Shown here: piece after piece, positions 1 to 12,802 of the stretch
Position numbering within the stretch: the stretch's first letter is position 1
How the letters are laid out: every line of letters starts with the position of its first letter
Assembly (NCBI GenBank): GCA_964016885.1
Contig: CAXHJY010001277.1
Location: forward strand, 1-45,614
Length of the DNA stretch: 45,614 bases
Direction of reading: 5' to 3'
DNA from: Eledone cirrhosa
Taxonomy: Eukaryota
Made by a program: the position numbers and the translations under genes
Notes under the pieces: generated by a model
Database searches by the model: none
What the model saw: only the letters and a program-made list of their open reading frames with translations
What the model was told of the DNA's origin: nothing

Positions 1-195
1 TGATATTCTAGACTTTTTCACTGGAATTGTTGATGAAATGGTAAACAATAAAATGTAGCAGATGATATTTGTGAGGAATCAACCGACCATAGATGTTATC
101 AGTTAGCAGACGCTAGTTAAACCAAATATTATTGCGATGGTTAATCACGATAACAGCAAAGGAAACACTGCTTTATTATATTACCTTTAACGGAG

Positions 196-414
196 GGCGG
201 TGGATTGGCAGAGTCGTTAAGATATCATACAAATGATTAGCTGTATTTGTTCCGACTCTCTATGTTTGAGTTCAAATCCAGCTAAGGACAACATTGCCTT
301 TCATCCTTCTTGGGCTGATAAAATAAAAGTGCCAGTCAAGTACTAAGGTTTATTTAATCGACTTTTCTCTTTCCTCAAAATTTCCGAACTCATGTCTAAA
401 TTAGAAATCATTAT
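196..414 (+). mobile_element. tRNA-derived SINE, family A
   Basis: A-box-like TGGCAGAGTCG and B-box GAGTTCAAATCC, then a body similar to TTGCCTTTCATCCTT..GATAAAATAAAGTACCAGT and an (ATT)-rich tail; more than 10 related copies in the window. Confidence 0.8.
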
Positions 415-597
415 GGATTGGCAGTATCGGTGGAAGGTCGGACATGCTTTCCAGCATAGTTACGTCCCTTTACGATCTGAGTTCAAATCCCGCCGAGGTT
501 AACTTTGCCTTTCATCCTTACGGGGTCGATAAAATAAAGTACAAGTAATACACTTGGATAATTGCTGGCCTTGTGCCAAAAGTAGAAACAATTATAT
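415..597 (+). mobile_element. tRNA-derived SINE, family A (directly after the previous copy)
   Basis: GGATTGGCAGTATCGG...GAGTTCAAATCCCGCCGAGGTTAACTTTGCCTTTCATCC...GGCCTTGTGCCAAAAGTAGAAACAATTAT; closely matches 22081-22270 and 30452-30638. Confidence 0.85.
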
Positions 598-699
598 TAA
601 TTTTAACTTTTACTTATTCATTTTTACAAAGAATTGACATACGCAGTCGGGTTGGAAGTGGTATCAAGACTGGCTTGTTACTCCAGGTAGAGCCGTGAC

Positions 700-1066
700 T
701 TCTCCGAATTGTGAGATCACAGCTCCTATACTATGTGCATGTGGTTAGAATGACTCAGGAAAGAACCGCTGGACAGATTTTACTGGGGAAAAAAACAGTC
801 GGCAGGAAACCCAGGAGAGGATCCCAAACAAGATGGTTGGATAACATCCATATGCTCTGCTGGACTCGCTTGGGGATCCAGCCGGTTGCTTCTGACAGGA
901 CCCGCTAGAAGGAATGTCTGAGGACTCTTCCCCCACGACCCTCCTAGAAATAAGTGGGCGACGAAGAAGAAGAAGAAGAAGAAGAAGAAGAAGAAGAAGA
1001 AGAAGAAGAAGAAGAAGAAGAAGAAGAAGAAGAAGAAGAAGAAGAAGAAGAAGAAGAAGAAGAAGA
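700..1066 (+). mobile_element. Degenerate 3' end of an RTE-type LINE with (GAA)n tail
   Basis: Translation QLLYYVHVVRM..GRKPRRGSQTRWLDNI resembles the RTE C-terminal LRWxGHVxRM..GRRPRGRPxxRW motif; ends AGTGGGCGAC(GAA)n at 963-1066; homologous to 9560-9855. Confidence 0.65.
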
Positions 1067-1594
1067 TTTTTTTTATAATTCAAGCTTGAAAGAAATTTTC
1101 ATTTCAAATAAATTTTATATTTTATATTTGAAAGAGTTTGTTTGCTGTTGAGGAATGCTGTTAGCTCTTCTACACATTGTTCACTATTGTAATACGAAAG
1201 AGTATATATGGGGTAGTTCGACTGCTAGAAATAGCTGTCAAATCCCATACTATTTCTTTTTTTTTTTAAATTAAAAAAGGGTATATTGGATAATGTAGTT
1301 CTAGATATATTGTACCAGGAACTCGACGTGATGGTCAAGTGGGACTGGTTCATCGGTAAAACGAGGAAACGTAGGCAAGAGCTTATCTGGTGCAATAGAT
1401 GTTATGGAACACAAGTTGATAAGGAGTTATTTGAGACGTATATAACCATAAGAATATTAGGGGATACTATATGTAAGGATCTGTAACTTCTGATAAAGTC
1501 GAAGGGGCATCGTAGTGACTGTCATACAGCATGTCTTGGGCATTTTAAAAGGCAGGGCCCATCTTCATCACCGAGTTTGAACACAACCGATATT

Positions 1595-1693
1595 AAGGGT
1601 GACCCCCCCAAACGTATACACACTTCAACAGCATTCTAATAAATATTACCTATACAGGTAATCAAAGTGTGCATACATTTTTGGGACACCCTG
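1595..1693. mobile_element. Short Tc1/mariner-derived MITE
   Basis: Imperfect TIRs AGGGTGACCCCCCCAAACGTATACACACTT and AAGTGTGCATACATTTTTGGGACACCCTG followed by TA; same TIR type as 27455-28168. Confidence 0.6.
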
Positions 1694-2420
<727 letters not shown>

Positions 2421-2488
2421 AAAAAGAGATGAAATCGAAAATGCAACTGAGGTCTTATTTTAAAAAAAATATATATATTTATTTGGTT

Positions 2489-2526
2489 CCTTTACCGGTT
2501 TCGCAGTTCTTCTGCTTTTCAAAAGG
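2489..2526 (-). ncRNA. Minimal type-I hammerhead ribozyme (U3:A8 variant), mirror copy
   Basis: Exact reverse complement of 2597-2634. Confidence 0.7.
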
Positions 2527-2596
2527 TGAGTTGAGATGGAGGGTCTGTGGTTTTTCTCACATCTGAGAAAAACCACAGACCCTCCATCTCAACTCA

Positions 2597-2634
2597 CCTT
2601 TTGAAAAGCAGAAGAACTGCGAAACCGGTAAAGG
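2597..2634 (+). ncRNA. Minimal type-I hammerhead ribozyme (U3:A8 variant)
   Basis: CCTT-TTGAAAA-GCAG-aagaa-CTGC-GAAA-CCGG-TA-AAGG: helix I CCTT/AAGG, helix II GCAG/CTGC, palindromic helix III ACCGGT, GUA cleavage triplet. Confidence 0.72.
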
Positions 2635-2704
2635 AACCAAATAAATATATATATATTTTTTTTAAAATAAGACTTCAGTTGCATTTTCGATTTCATCTCT
2701 TTTT

Positions 2705-3176
<472 letters not shown>

Positions 3177-3603
3177 ATACAATACCCACCAGTCAACACT
3201 ATCTGCGTAATCTCTACTCTATATTACAAGGACCAATTGATGCGTTGTTTGTTTTTAAGAATTCATATAGGGAAATTTTTGTATTTCAGAAATACTGAAA
3301 ACTAAAAATTCTCAAGTTCCCTTCAAATAAATCACCTCCCTACTGGGAAAAAAAACATTGAAGCTGAACTGAAAGAATCCTGTAAAGAGAAACAAACAAT
3401 GAAATAACTAGATGCATGTATTTCGAATGTTTCTGGATCTGTAAAGGTTTATAACTGGGCCAGGGCAATGTCTATCAACGCGATGAATCAATAGTTAAGA
3501 CAATAGTTAACACCGGTATAAATAAAAACAAACAACATATCAATTGGTCCTTGGAATATCGAGTAGAGATAAGGTAGATAGAGTTGACTGGTGGATATTG
3601 TAT
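3177..3603. repeat. Inverted repeat, 81-bp arms
   Basis: 3177-3257 versus the reverse complement of 3523-3603, about 9 mismatches by manual alignment; 265-bp spacer. Confidence 0.85.
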
Positions 3604-3645
3604 GTGGTACCTCAGCATACCACTAGCTATAATGACTAAAACATA

Positions 3646-3696
<51 letters not shown>

Positions 3697-3740
3697 CGTA
3701 TATTGTTGACGGCCGTAGTAAAGTTTAAATATTCATTATA

Positions 3741-3796
3741 TTTTACCTGTTTCTCACAGGGTCATTATCTAATGATCCTGTGTGAAACAGGTAAAA
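3741..3796. repeat. Hairpin with 27-bp arms
   Basis: TTTTACCTGTTTCTCACAGGGTCATTA-tc-TAATGATCCTGTGTGAAACAGGTAAAA, 2 mismatches. Confidence 0.9.
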
Positions 3797-3837
3797 ATCT
3801 ACAGTAACAAGACTCACTATTTAGCCTTAATAAAAAA

Positions 3838-3916
<79 letters not shown>

Positions 3917-4064
3917 TAAATATATATATACGTAGATAAATCTACCAAAATGTACGGTAGTGTCCAATCCGTATGAAGAACTCAATGTAATCCAAATATC
4001 ATGAAAAGAGATGTATTCAAAAAGTGTTTTCGATGAAAAACACAGGAATACAGAGTCAAGATAA

Positions 4065-4430
4065 ATTAATAAAAATAATGAATAAAAACAAAGAAACAGT
4101 TCCTTATATTAAAAAAAATCATCATTTTACGATCGTTTGTAGGATATATATGTGTGTGTTGGTATGTATAATATATAGATCCATGTAAAAGTTTTACAAA
4201 CTATCAGAGGGAATATACATACCTACACATATATATGCTGTCTTCTTATTTCTGAAGACAACATATATATATGTAGATATGTATATTCCCTCTGATAGTT
4301 TGTAAAACTTTTACATAGATCTATATGATATACATACCAACACACACACATAGATATCCTAGAAACGATCGTAAAATGATGATTTTTTTAATATAAGGAA
4401 CTGTTTCTTTGTTTTTATTCATTATTTTTA

Positions 4431-4435
<5 letters not shown>
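4065..4435. repeat. Foldback palindrome with about 180-bp arms
   Basis: 4065-4245 is the reverse complement of 4254-4435 with scattered mismatches; 8-nt loop TTATTTCT. Confidence 0.9.
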
Positions 4436-4483
<48 letters not shown>

Positions 4484-4485
<2 letters not shown>

Positions 4486-5175
4486 GTAGGGAAAACTACG
4501 TATGCAGTAGTAATCGCAGTGATAGACACATTTTTCAAATGCAGGTGGGTTTTATAGAAGTGGTTGATAGCTTCCGGTACCTAGGTGATCAGATTAGCAT
4601 GTTCCGAGGCCATAGTATCTAGAATAAGGACGTGTTGGAAGAAGTTTATGGAGCTGCTTCCTCTGTTGACAATAAAGGGTTTCTCCTTGCGTACGAAAGG
4701 CCGGTTATATGATGCCTGTGTGAGATGCGCGATGCTGCATGGTAGGGAAACATGGGCAGCAACTGCAGAAGATATGCGACGGCTGGAGAGAAATGAAGCA
4801 AGCATGCTCCGTTGGATGTGCAATATCAATGTGCGTGAACGACCAAGCATAGATGAGTTGAGAGAGAAACTGTGTATAAGAGGGATAAGTTGTGTTGTGC
4901 GAGAGAGAAGACTGAGATGGTATGGACATGTGATGCGCATGAAAGATGACCGCTGGGTAAAGAAATGCAAAGAAATCCCAATAGAAGGAAGACGCAGTAG
5001 AAGACCACGAAAGACATGGGCAGAAGTGGTAAGAGCAGACCTCAAATCGCTGAAACTCACGGAGGAGATGACGAAGGACGGTGACAAGTGGAGAGATGCT
5101 GTGCTGAATAGGACCCGCCCCACCCTTGCAAGCAGGGAAAAGCGGACGTAAAATGATGATGATGATGATGATGAT
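4484..5175 (+). mobile_element. 5'-truncated RTE-type LINE (RT C-terminus) with (GAT)n tail
   Basis: IEVVDSFRYLGDQIS, KGRLYDACVRCAMLHG, RRLRWYGHVMRM, RRPRKTW motifs; ends GGACGTAAA(ATG)n; paralogous to 22800-23401. Confidence 0.9.
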
Positions 5176-5280
5176 ATATATATATACATACACATATATA
5201 TATTATTATTATTAGACAGATTAAAAGTTTAAGCAAACAATTTCTGCTTTCACTCCAAAGCGGGATCTTCTGCTCTACGG

Positions 5281-5286
<6 letters not shown>

Positions 5287-5364
<78 letters not shown>

Positions 5365-5481
5365 TTTATATATATATACATATATTTATATATATATATA
5401 CATATATTTATATATATATACATATATTTATATATATATACATATATTTATACATACATATATTCATATATATATATATAC

Positions 5482-5516
<35 letters not shown>

Positions 5517-5546
5517 CATATATTTATATATATATACATATATATA

Positions 5547-5580
<34 letters not shown>

Positions 5581-5621
5581 CATATATATATATACACACA
5601 TATATATATACACATGTATAC

Positions 5622-5672
<51 letters not shown>

Positions 5673-5720
5673 CATACATATATATATATACATACATATA
5701 TATATATATACATACATATG

Positions 5721-5753
<33 letters not shown>

Positions 5754-5787
5754 ACATACATTTATATATATATATGTGTGTGTGTGC

Positions 5788-5836
<49 letters not shown>
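5287..5836. repeat. (TA)n/(TACA)n microsatellite
   Basis: Direct reading. Confidence 0.97.
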
Positions 5837-5840
<4 letters not shown>

Positions 5841-7792
5841 GGCTTCTAACATGACAATAACCATAATTGCTACAACAAATTTAAAAGCTTTCTGTACATC
5901 TCTAATTAATACTATTTTCCTAATGTCAGTTCAATGAAACTGGTGCTTTATGCATATTTTTCATTAAATTGGTTCTACAAATTAGGCCCTATTAAAATAC
6001 CAGCATCAAAATATGATAAGTTGAACTGTTTAAATAGAAAACATTAATAAAATATTTTGCTTTTGAACAAAGGGGTTATTCTCACCTGTTAGTATTAAGA
6101 TTCCTTCAAAAAACATATTGTTGTCTCTTTTAACCGTTCTTAAGAAAAGCTAAGATGAAGAATGATAGATGGCGGTGCTGTTTACTGCTGAACGTGTCCT
6201 CAGAACTGATTCCTATCAATCTATCCCTCCCTTTTACTGTAAATCAAGGATAGGGTTCTATTAGTTGGACCCCACCTTAGAAATTCAAACAGTGTTACTG
6301 ATGGAGGTGGTAGTTGAGATATGTCCAAATTAACATCATAGGAAACAATAGTAAACAGAAAATAGATTATTATTGAAAAAAAAACTCGGGTTGGAACTAA
6401 CTTAAATAAATGGATTTCTTTTATACTAATTGCCAATAATGGCCGAATTTAAAAAGAATATGTGCTGTTACCCGGCTAACAAGATACCTATACAAACAAA
6501 GTCAGAGTATATATAAATACAGTTTCCTGTTTGATTCAGAAATAGCATACATGTTAACTAATTTATTTGCAATTAACAGTCATCTATCTCCTTTGGAAGC
6601 TTCTCTGTGCAACTATATCATCATCATCTATATCATCATCATCATTTATACTAGAAGTAAATAAATATGTACCAACGAATCATTGTACACTGAATCACTC
6701 CCTAAAATATGTTATTCATCAAAAAACTAAAACAAAAACAAAAATTGTATGAATGATGGCTTCTGTAAACAGTTAAGAGACAAAAGACGTCCAAAAAACT
6801 CCACCTATTAAGCACGAAGTTTTCTATTGAAACATTGTTTAGATGTCTAAGTAATAACTATGTAAAAAATATTCTAGCGTGGGAAAAGAGGAATATTTAC
6901 TCAGAACTGCAGTTCTCTAAGCACTGACCAAGTTTACTTAAGCGCTCAACATATTAATTAATAGTCATAATGCTAGATACTACAATACATACTGTAATAC
7001 ATTTTCTAACAGACTCATTCCTTACCTAAAAATATCAATCCTTAACTAAATAACTATATACATGGCAAAGACTGTTGATTTTTTGTTGATTTTTTTTGTT
7101 TGGTTTGTTGTTAAATTTCTTAACAAAGATACCGTCTAAAAGTCAAAGTATAAGCTATTGAAATTGAAATTCAATTATTTCAATGGAAGGATTAGTTAAA
7201 GAATTGTAAAGAAAGGCTGGTGTCAGCTGTTGGCAGGAGATCACCATATATAATTCCCTGTAGTGTACATTAATATAAATCTAGTTGGGAATAAACCAGT
7301 GTTTCAGATGTGTGCATGTTAATGGAAGGCGCTCCATCTCATCCAACATACATCAGAAGGAGTACAAATTATAAATAAAATAAACATTAGATAAATAAAA
7401 TATAACCCAAAACAGATGATACTGCACCCCTGCAGATATACGACTCATGGTCTTCGCTTTTCACTCAGATATATTAAGGTGGAGTTTATTATCTGTTGCT
7501 GAGACCAATAGAAGTGAAGAATTATATAATCATTCGTGTTCCATCCAGCTCAGTGATGTGTTAAAGACTAAGACTCTTCACTATGTTGATTCTTTCATAT
7601 ATAGATATAAACAGCTATGTGAATAGTTGCAGATAATTGCTGTAAGTAGAGGGAGAACTATTATTTCTGAATGTCCGTTATATTCCAGTACTGAGTTTAA
7701 ATGTCCAGTAACCTTGAAATAGGTAAGAAGATATCATTCATATTTAACTTCACTAGATAATATTTAATTCAATTGGATCACTATAACTTTAT

Positions 7793-8070
7793 GGAGGCGT
7801 GTGACCTAGTGGTAAGTGTGTTAGGCTTACGATCATAATGTCATGAGTTTGATTCCAAGGCTGTGTTGTATGTTGTGTTCTTGAATAAAACACTTCATTT
7901 CACGTTGCTCCAATATGCTTAGCTGAAAATAGTACCAACAATAGATGGGGGTTTAACCCTGTGGCGGACTGGCATCCTTTCCAGGGAAGGAGTCTTGTAT
8001 TCTCAATCGCTTAACACCACAGAAACCGAGATAAGCTCCTGCCTGATGAGTCTCTGGGCTCGAGGCAGTC
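7793..8070 (+). mobile_element. tRNA-derived SINE, family B
   Basis: GGAGGCGTGTGACCTAGTGG head, GAGTTTGATTCC B-box, body CACTTCATTTCACGTTGCTCCA, 3' stem-loop; homologous over its length to 33980-34266. Confidence 0.75.
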
Positions 8071-8242
8071 ATTAGAACTGTAGACAATAACTTTAATCTC
8101 ATCATCTCATTTTCAATGGCTCCAAGACTTTAAATAAGAATGCAGAAATATGTAGAAAGTGATTAATATTTGTAATTAAAATTAAAAGTTATATTTCGAT
8201 GTAGAAGATACTTGGCCTAAGATCTCTCGGGCGTAAAGCGCT

Positions 8243-8525
8243 AGAATATAGAGGTAGTGCAAAGAATGATGTGCTCGTGCGCAGAAATGTTATATAGATA
8301 GCTTATATAATGGGACGAAAACCCTTAAAAGACTGTAAAAGAAGTTGCCATCGGCCACTATGAGGAATTTAACCCCATATCTCCCTGGTATTTGAGGTTA
8401 CATTCCTCATAGCGACCGATAGCAACTTTTTCCGTCTTTTAAGGATCTTCAACATATTTTATCAGCTATTTGTGTAGCATCTTTCCGCATGAACACATCA
8501 TCTTTTATATTAACTCTATATTTCT
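8243..8525. repeat. Old degenerate palindrome (MITE-like)
   Basis: About 130-bp arms, e.g. CCTTAAAAGAC..AAGTTGCCATCGGCCACTATGAGGAATTTAACC versus GGTTACATTCCTCATAGCGACCGATAGCAACTT..GTCTTTTAAGG. Confidence 0.75.
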
Positions 8526-8757
8526 ATATATTTCTATCCAGTTAGCATCTAATTCTTTACACATCTGCTTACTCAAATACATAGGATATCGTGTCTTAAC
8601 ATGATGTGAACCATTCATCAAAGAATAGAGCTTGTTGGAATAGATCGATGGCTTTTAGATTGATTCATAGGGTGGTTAATTGATCCTATGTCTTCCGAGT
8701 CAATCAATCACCAGGGAACCGCAAGTTGGATATTATTGGCATCTAACTTATGTGAGC

Positions 8758-8792
<35 letters not shown>

Positions 8793-8879
8793 TAGATAGA
8801 TATATGTGTGTGTGTATAAATGTATATATATGTGCGTATGTGTATGCATATATGTGTGTATGTTGTATATATATATATA

Positions 8880-9210
8880 CTGTGTAACCCCGGCATTCGC
8901 GGCGGTCCCGGTTATTCATGGAATATTCCTTGGAACCTAACTAATGATTGTTCGTGGAAACCACCGCATATTCGCGGAATCGTAAATATCTTCCGCGATT
9001 TGTTTATGGATTTTTCGTGGCAATATATATATTTTCACGGTTTTTAACGCTAAATTATTAATAACAATATACCATATTTCCTGGTCTATATCGTACGTTA
9101 TGTTTTGACGTTTATAGGCATTTTTATGGACCACATCCATTATTCGCGAGTTTTTTACTCTTCACGTGTGCTCTGGGACCATAACCTCCGCGAATACCGG
9201 GGGAAAACTG
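8880..9210. mobile_element. pogo/Tigger-like MITE
   Basis: TIRs CTGTGTAACCCCGGCATTCGCGG and CCGCGAATACCGGGGGAAAACTG, flanked by TA on both sides; internal TATTCGCG subterminal motifs. Confidence 0.7.
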
Positions 9211-9388
9211 TATATATAAGTTTTACAATGAGCCACGTATAATCAACATAAAAAAAATCAATGCAACGCCGTCAACAAGAAAGAAGTAAAAGACGCTTGG
9301 TGGGAATATGGACAGCGGATTGATTGTGACAGACGATAATAGTAAAACTGACAGTAAAACAACTGTGGGAAGAAATAACAACTGAAAT

Positions 9389-9493
9389 GGACCAACTTAT
9401 GACGAGGTACCAAACCTCAGCCTAAAATATATCACAGGTGCAGGACCAACTTATGACGAGGTACCAAACCTCAGCCTAAAATATATCACAGGT
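9389..9493. repeat. Perfect 51-bp tandem duplication (54-bp period)
   Basis: GGACCAACTTATGACGAGGTACCAAACCTCAGCCTAAAATATATCACAGGT at 9389-9439 and 9443-9493. Confidence 0.97.
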
Positions 9494-9559
9494 ACTTACA
9501 GAGTACCTTGAAAGATATTAAAGGATTTACTGGAAGAACCGAAATATACACTAAGGAAG

Positions 9560-9855
9560 GAATCGCATAACATGTTTTATTAGCAAAGCCAACCGGCACG
9601 AGACCCAGAAGAAAACCACGAACAACATAGCTGGAAAGCATTCATAAGCTCGGCTGGTCTCACTTGCTCGGTGCTTCCGATAGAATCCTCTGAAAGGCCT
9701 GCCTGTGGACTCTGTCTCTTGGACCCTCTCAGGAATCAGTGGGCGAAGAAGAAGGAAGGGAAGAAGAAGGAAGGGAAGAAGAAAGGGAGGAAGAAGAAAA
9801 AGAGGGAGGGTATGTGGAGGGAGGGAGAGGTGGAGTTGAAGGAGGAGGAGGAGGA
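9560..9855 (+). mobile_element. Degenerate RTE-type LINE 3' end with purine-rich (GAA/GGA) tail
   Basis: LAKPTGTRPRRKPRTT*LESIHKLGWSHL aligns with the 711-908 peptide; shared terminus GACCCTC..GAA.T.AGTGGGCGA. Confidence 0.6.
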
Positions 9856-9955
9856 AACCAGAGTCACTCTAATCTTTTTATATCCTTCATAATACAAATC
9901 CTTTCTAACAAAGTTTCAACACTCACCTAGAAAATATAACTCGTGTAAATAGACC

Positions 9956-10037
9956 GTTTCAGATCGATGAGACTAGAAGGTTTCAGATCGATGAGACTAG
10001 AAGTTGGACACGTATTGATTTCGAGAAGGCTTTTGAC
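9956..10037 (+). repeat. 24-bp tandem duplication followed by a tiny RT motif-A remnant
   Basis: GTTTCAGATCGATGAGACTAGAAG x2 (9956-10003); 10014-10037 translates IDFEKAFD. Confidence 0.65.
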
Positions 10038-10284
10038 AATAATTTCCACTTAGATTCTAGAAACATTAGCCACGATTAAAGTTGTAAACAGGTGTATTAA
10101 ATAAGTCAGGGCTATATGAAAAACAATTTTTCAGAAAAAAATAATAAATTATCAGGTATCTGTTGGAGTCGTCGGGGTACCGTAGTAACATATGGCGTGT
10201 TTTGGAGGTTTTAAACATAGCAGAACCTGTTCTGAACACGACCATTTTCTTCCAGAGAAAGAGAGAGGGAGTATGAAAGAGATA

Positions 10285-10400
10285 TAAACCCCAGTACTTG
10301 ACTGGTTTATTTTTATAGACCTAGAAAGGATAAAAAGCAAAGTTGAGCTCGGCGGGATTTGAAATCAGAAATCTGGGATGAACACCGCAAAGCACTCTAT
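10285..10400 (-). mobile_element. SINE family A, partial
   Basis: CCCCAGTACTTGACTGG..GCAAAGTTGAGCTCGGCGGGATTTGAA is the reverse complement of the family A body. Confidence 0.7.
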
Positions 10401-10617
10401 CTGTTAGCAAATTCTAGGAAAATGCGTTTAAATAAGTTTAGACAAAAAAGAAAGAGAAAGAAATAAGGAATATAAAAGGATTAGAGAATATATAGGCTGA
10501 AGAATCAATGAAAACCATTTGTTTAGGAAGGAATGTTATAGGTACGTCTGATAATTATTTAACACTGAAATAAATGCTAAAATATGTTAACAAGTATGAC
10601 TACACTAGATGTCACTA

Positions 10618-10835
10618 TAATGTTTTCTGATTTAGGCTGAAGGCCAATTTTAGGGGAGGGGAAAGTCGATTAAATCGACCCCAGTGTGTTATTGGTACTT
10701 TATTTTATCGATCTCGTAAGGATGGAAAGCAAAGTTATAACCTTGGCTAAATTTGAACACAGAACGTAAAGGGCCGTAACCGTATGCAGCAGAGCATATT
10801 GTCCGACGCTCTACCGAAACTGCCAATCCACCACC
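10618..10835 (-). mobile_element. SINE family A
   Basis: Ends CTGCCAATCCACC, the reverse complement of the GGTGGATTGGCAG head; full body present. Confidence 0.8.
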
Positions 10836-11037
10836 CTCGGAGATTGGAGTAATTTGGAAAATTTCACTAAAATATCTCTTGTCTTCACTAAAATAATATC
10901 TAACGTAAGATCAGGAATACTATACAATGAGGAGGAGAATCAGTTTTCCTTATTTAGTAAAGGAAATTGATATAAAAGACAAGCTAGGACAAGAGACAAC
11001 TGTGAGGAGGAAAAAAACAGAAAAGGAATTATATTAA

Positions 11038-11325
11038 CTCTTTCGTTACAAACCCACCTGATGCCCCCAGTTTTATGTTTAAAAAGTGTTTCTTTTAAAA
11101 TCTTTATATTTATCTTAAAACCTTCCCTCGTAATTTTATGTAAGAACTTTTAAGTTATGTTTTAAACACCAGCTTAAATTAGTTATATTACTAAATTCCT
11201 TAAAATTCCTGATTATTTAAAAAATGATTTGAAAACCATAGACAATGTCTTTCTTTGGAAATATGGTAACAAAAAGGTAAAAGACATAGACAGTGTCTTT
11301 CATTAGAAATTTGGTAATGAAAGGG
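11038..11325. mobile_element. piggyBac-like MITE
   Basis: TTAA|CTCTTTCGTTAC ... GTAATGAAAGGG|TTAA; TTAA at 11034-11037 and 11326-11329; the right end is tandemly duplicated (about 48 bp). Confidence 0.75.
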
Positions 11326-11451
11326 TTAATGACATTGGTTATAGTTTGATATCATCGTGTATATGGTGGGTTTAAGATTAATTAATTTAACTTTTAGTTC
11401 ATGTACCAGGGCTGCAACAGTTTCAATGAAATCCTCCCCTCTAGTCCCTGC

Positions 11452-12023
11452 ACATGGTAGCTATACTACATGGTAGCTATACTACATGGTAGCTATACTA
11501 CATCACACGGTAGCTATACTACATCACACGGTAGCTATATTACATGGTAGCTATACTACACCACATGGTAGCTATACTACATGGTAGCTATACTACATCA
11601 CACGGTAGCTATACTACATCACACGGTAGCTATATTACATGGTAGCTATACTACACCACATGGTAGCTATACTACATGGTAGCTATACTACACTACATGG
11701 TAGCTATACTACATCACACAGTAGCTATATTACATGGTAGCTATACTACACCACATGGTAGCTATACTCCATGGTAGCTATACTACACCACATGGTAGCT
11801 AAACTACATGGTAGCTATACTATACCACATGGTTGCTATACCACATGGTCGCTACACTAGATGGTAGCTATACTACACCACATGGTAGCTAAATTACATG
11901 GTAGCTATACTACATGGTAGCTATACTACATAGTAGCTATACTACATGGTAGCTATACTACATGGTAGCTATACTACATGGTAGCTATACTACGTCACAT
12001 GGTAGCTATATAACATGGTAGCT
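11452..12023. repeat. Minisatellite, 16-bp unit CATGGTAGCTATACTA with 21-bp variants
   Basis: About 30 units; variants insert CACCA or CATCA. Confidence 0.97.
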
Positions 12024-12278
12024 AAATAACAGCAGCTGTATTTATCAATAGTGTTTGAGAAATGTTTTATTAATTTTGTTTGTTTGTTTTTATTGATTAC
12101 ATTATGTCACGTTATTTTTCTTATTGTCGCTGCTTGGCTCAATAAATGGCAGTCGTATGGAAGGAGACATTGCAAACCAAGCAATATAAACTATAAACTA
12201 TAGCAGCAATAAAAACAAACAAACAAAATTAATAAAACATTTCTCAAACACTATTGATAAATACAGCTGCTGTTATTT
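12024..12278. repeat. Perfect 72-bp inverted repeat (MITE-like)
   Basis: 12024-12095 is the exact reverse complement of 12207-12278; 111-bp spacer; no TSD seen. Confidence 0.92.
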
Positions 12279-12291
12279 CTAAACCTACCAG

Positions 12292-12345
<54 letters not shown>

Positions 12346-12802
12346 ACGATGAATATAAAATGAAAGTGCTTTTATAAAAGAATTTATTAGGTATTGACAT
12401 ATGTTTCTATAACAGACGGAATACCTATGTATCGCTGCTTGCGTAATCATATAATGTTAGCAAGTATTCGATAGCAAATGTATAATCAGTTGTCACTTCT
12501 TCAGAGATATTGGATAAATTGGAAAAAATCAGAAAAATTGAAGTATTTATATTAGTTGTAAGAAAGGAAGAAGAGAGGGGATATATATATATAGTTTCTG
12601 AATTTGTTTAGAAAGATTCTTTATCTGAAAACGTGTGTTGAAACCGATATTGTTATGCTTTGGGAGGATCATGTTGCCAATAAGAAACACATGCACCAGT
12701 TGCTTTCACTCCAATTTATTATAAAGTAATTTTATAAATTTAAGAATTTATAAATTTCCGGTTGGTTGGTTGGTTCCACAACCGGACGGTTGTTCATATA
12801 TT

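Noticed and set aside
196-597. tRNA genes from A/B boxes
   Set aside because: No cloverleaf; the boxes continue into a shared SINE body repeated many times
745-1151. Poly-Leu and poly-Glu ORFs
   Set aside because: Produced by the (GAA)n LINE tail
6086-6236. Possible minus-strand exon (AG|GTGAG donor, TTTACAG acceptor)
   Set aside because: Stops in all three frames and no partner exons; a non-coding exon cannot be excluded
7415-7722. Fairly long + frame with one internal stop in unique sequence
   Set aside because: No recognisable motif or clear splice signals; needs a homology search
8038-8068. CTGATGAG..CTCGA as a hammerhead (also near 34229)
   Set aside because: No GAAA or helix III follows; better explained as the 3' stem-loop of SINE family B
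11452-12023. CRISPR-like array
   Set aside because: No unique spacers, no cas genes, eukaryotic context; it is a minisatellite
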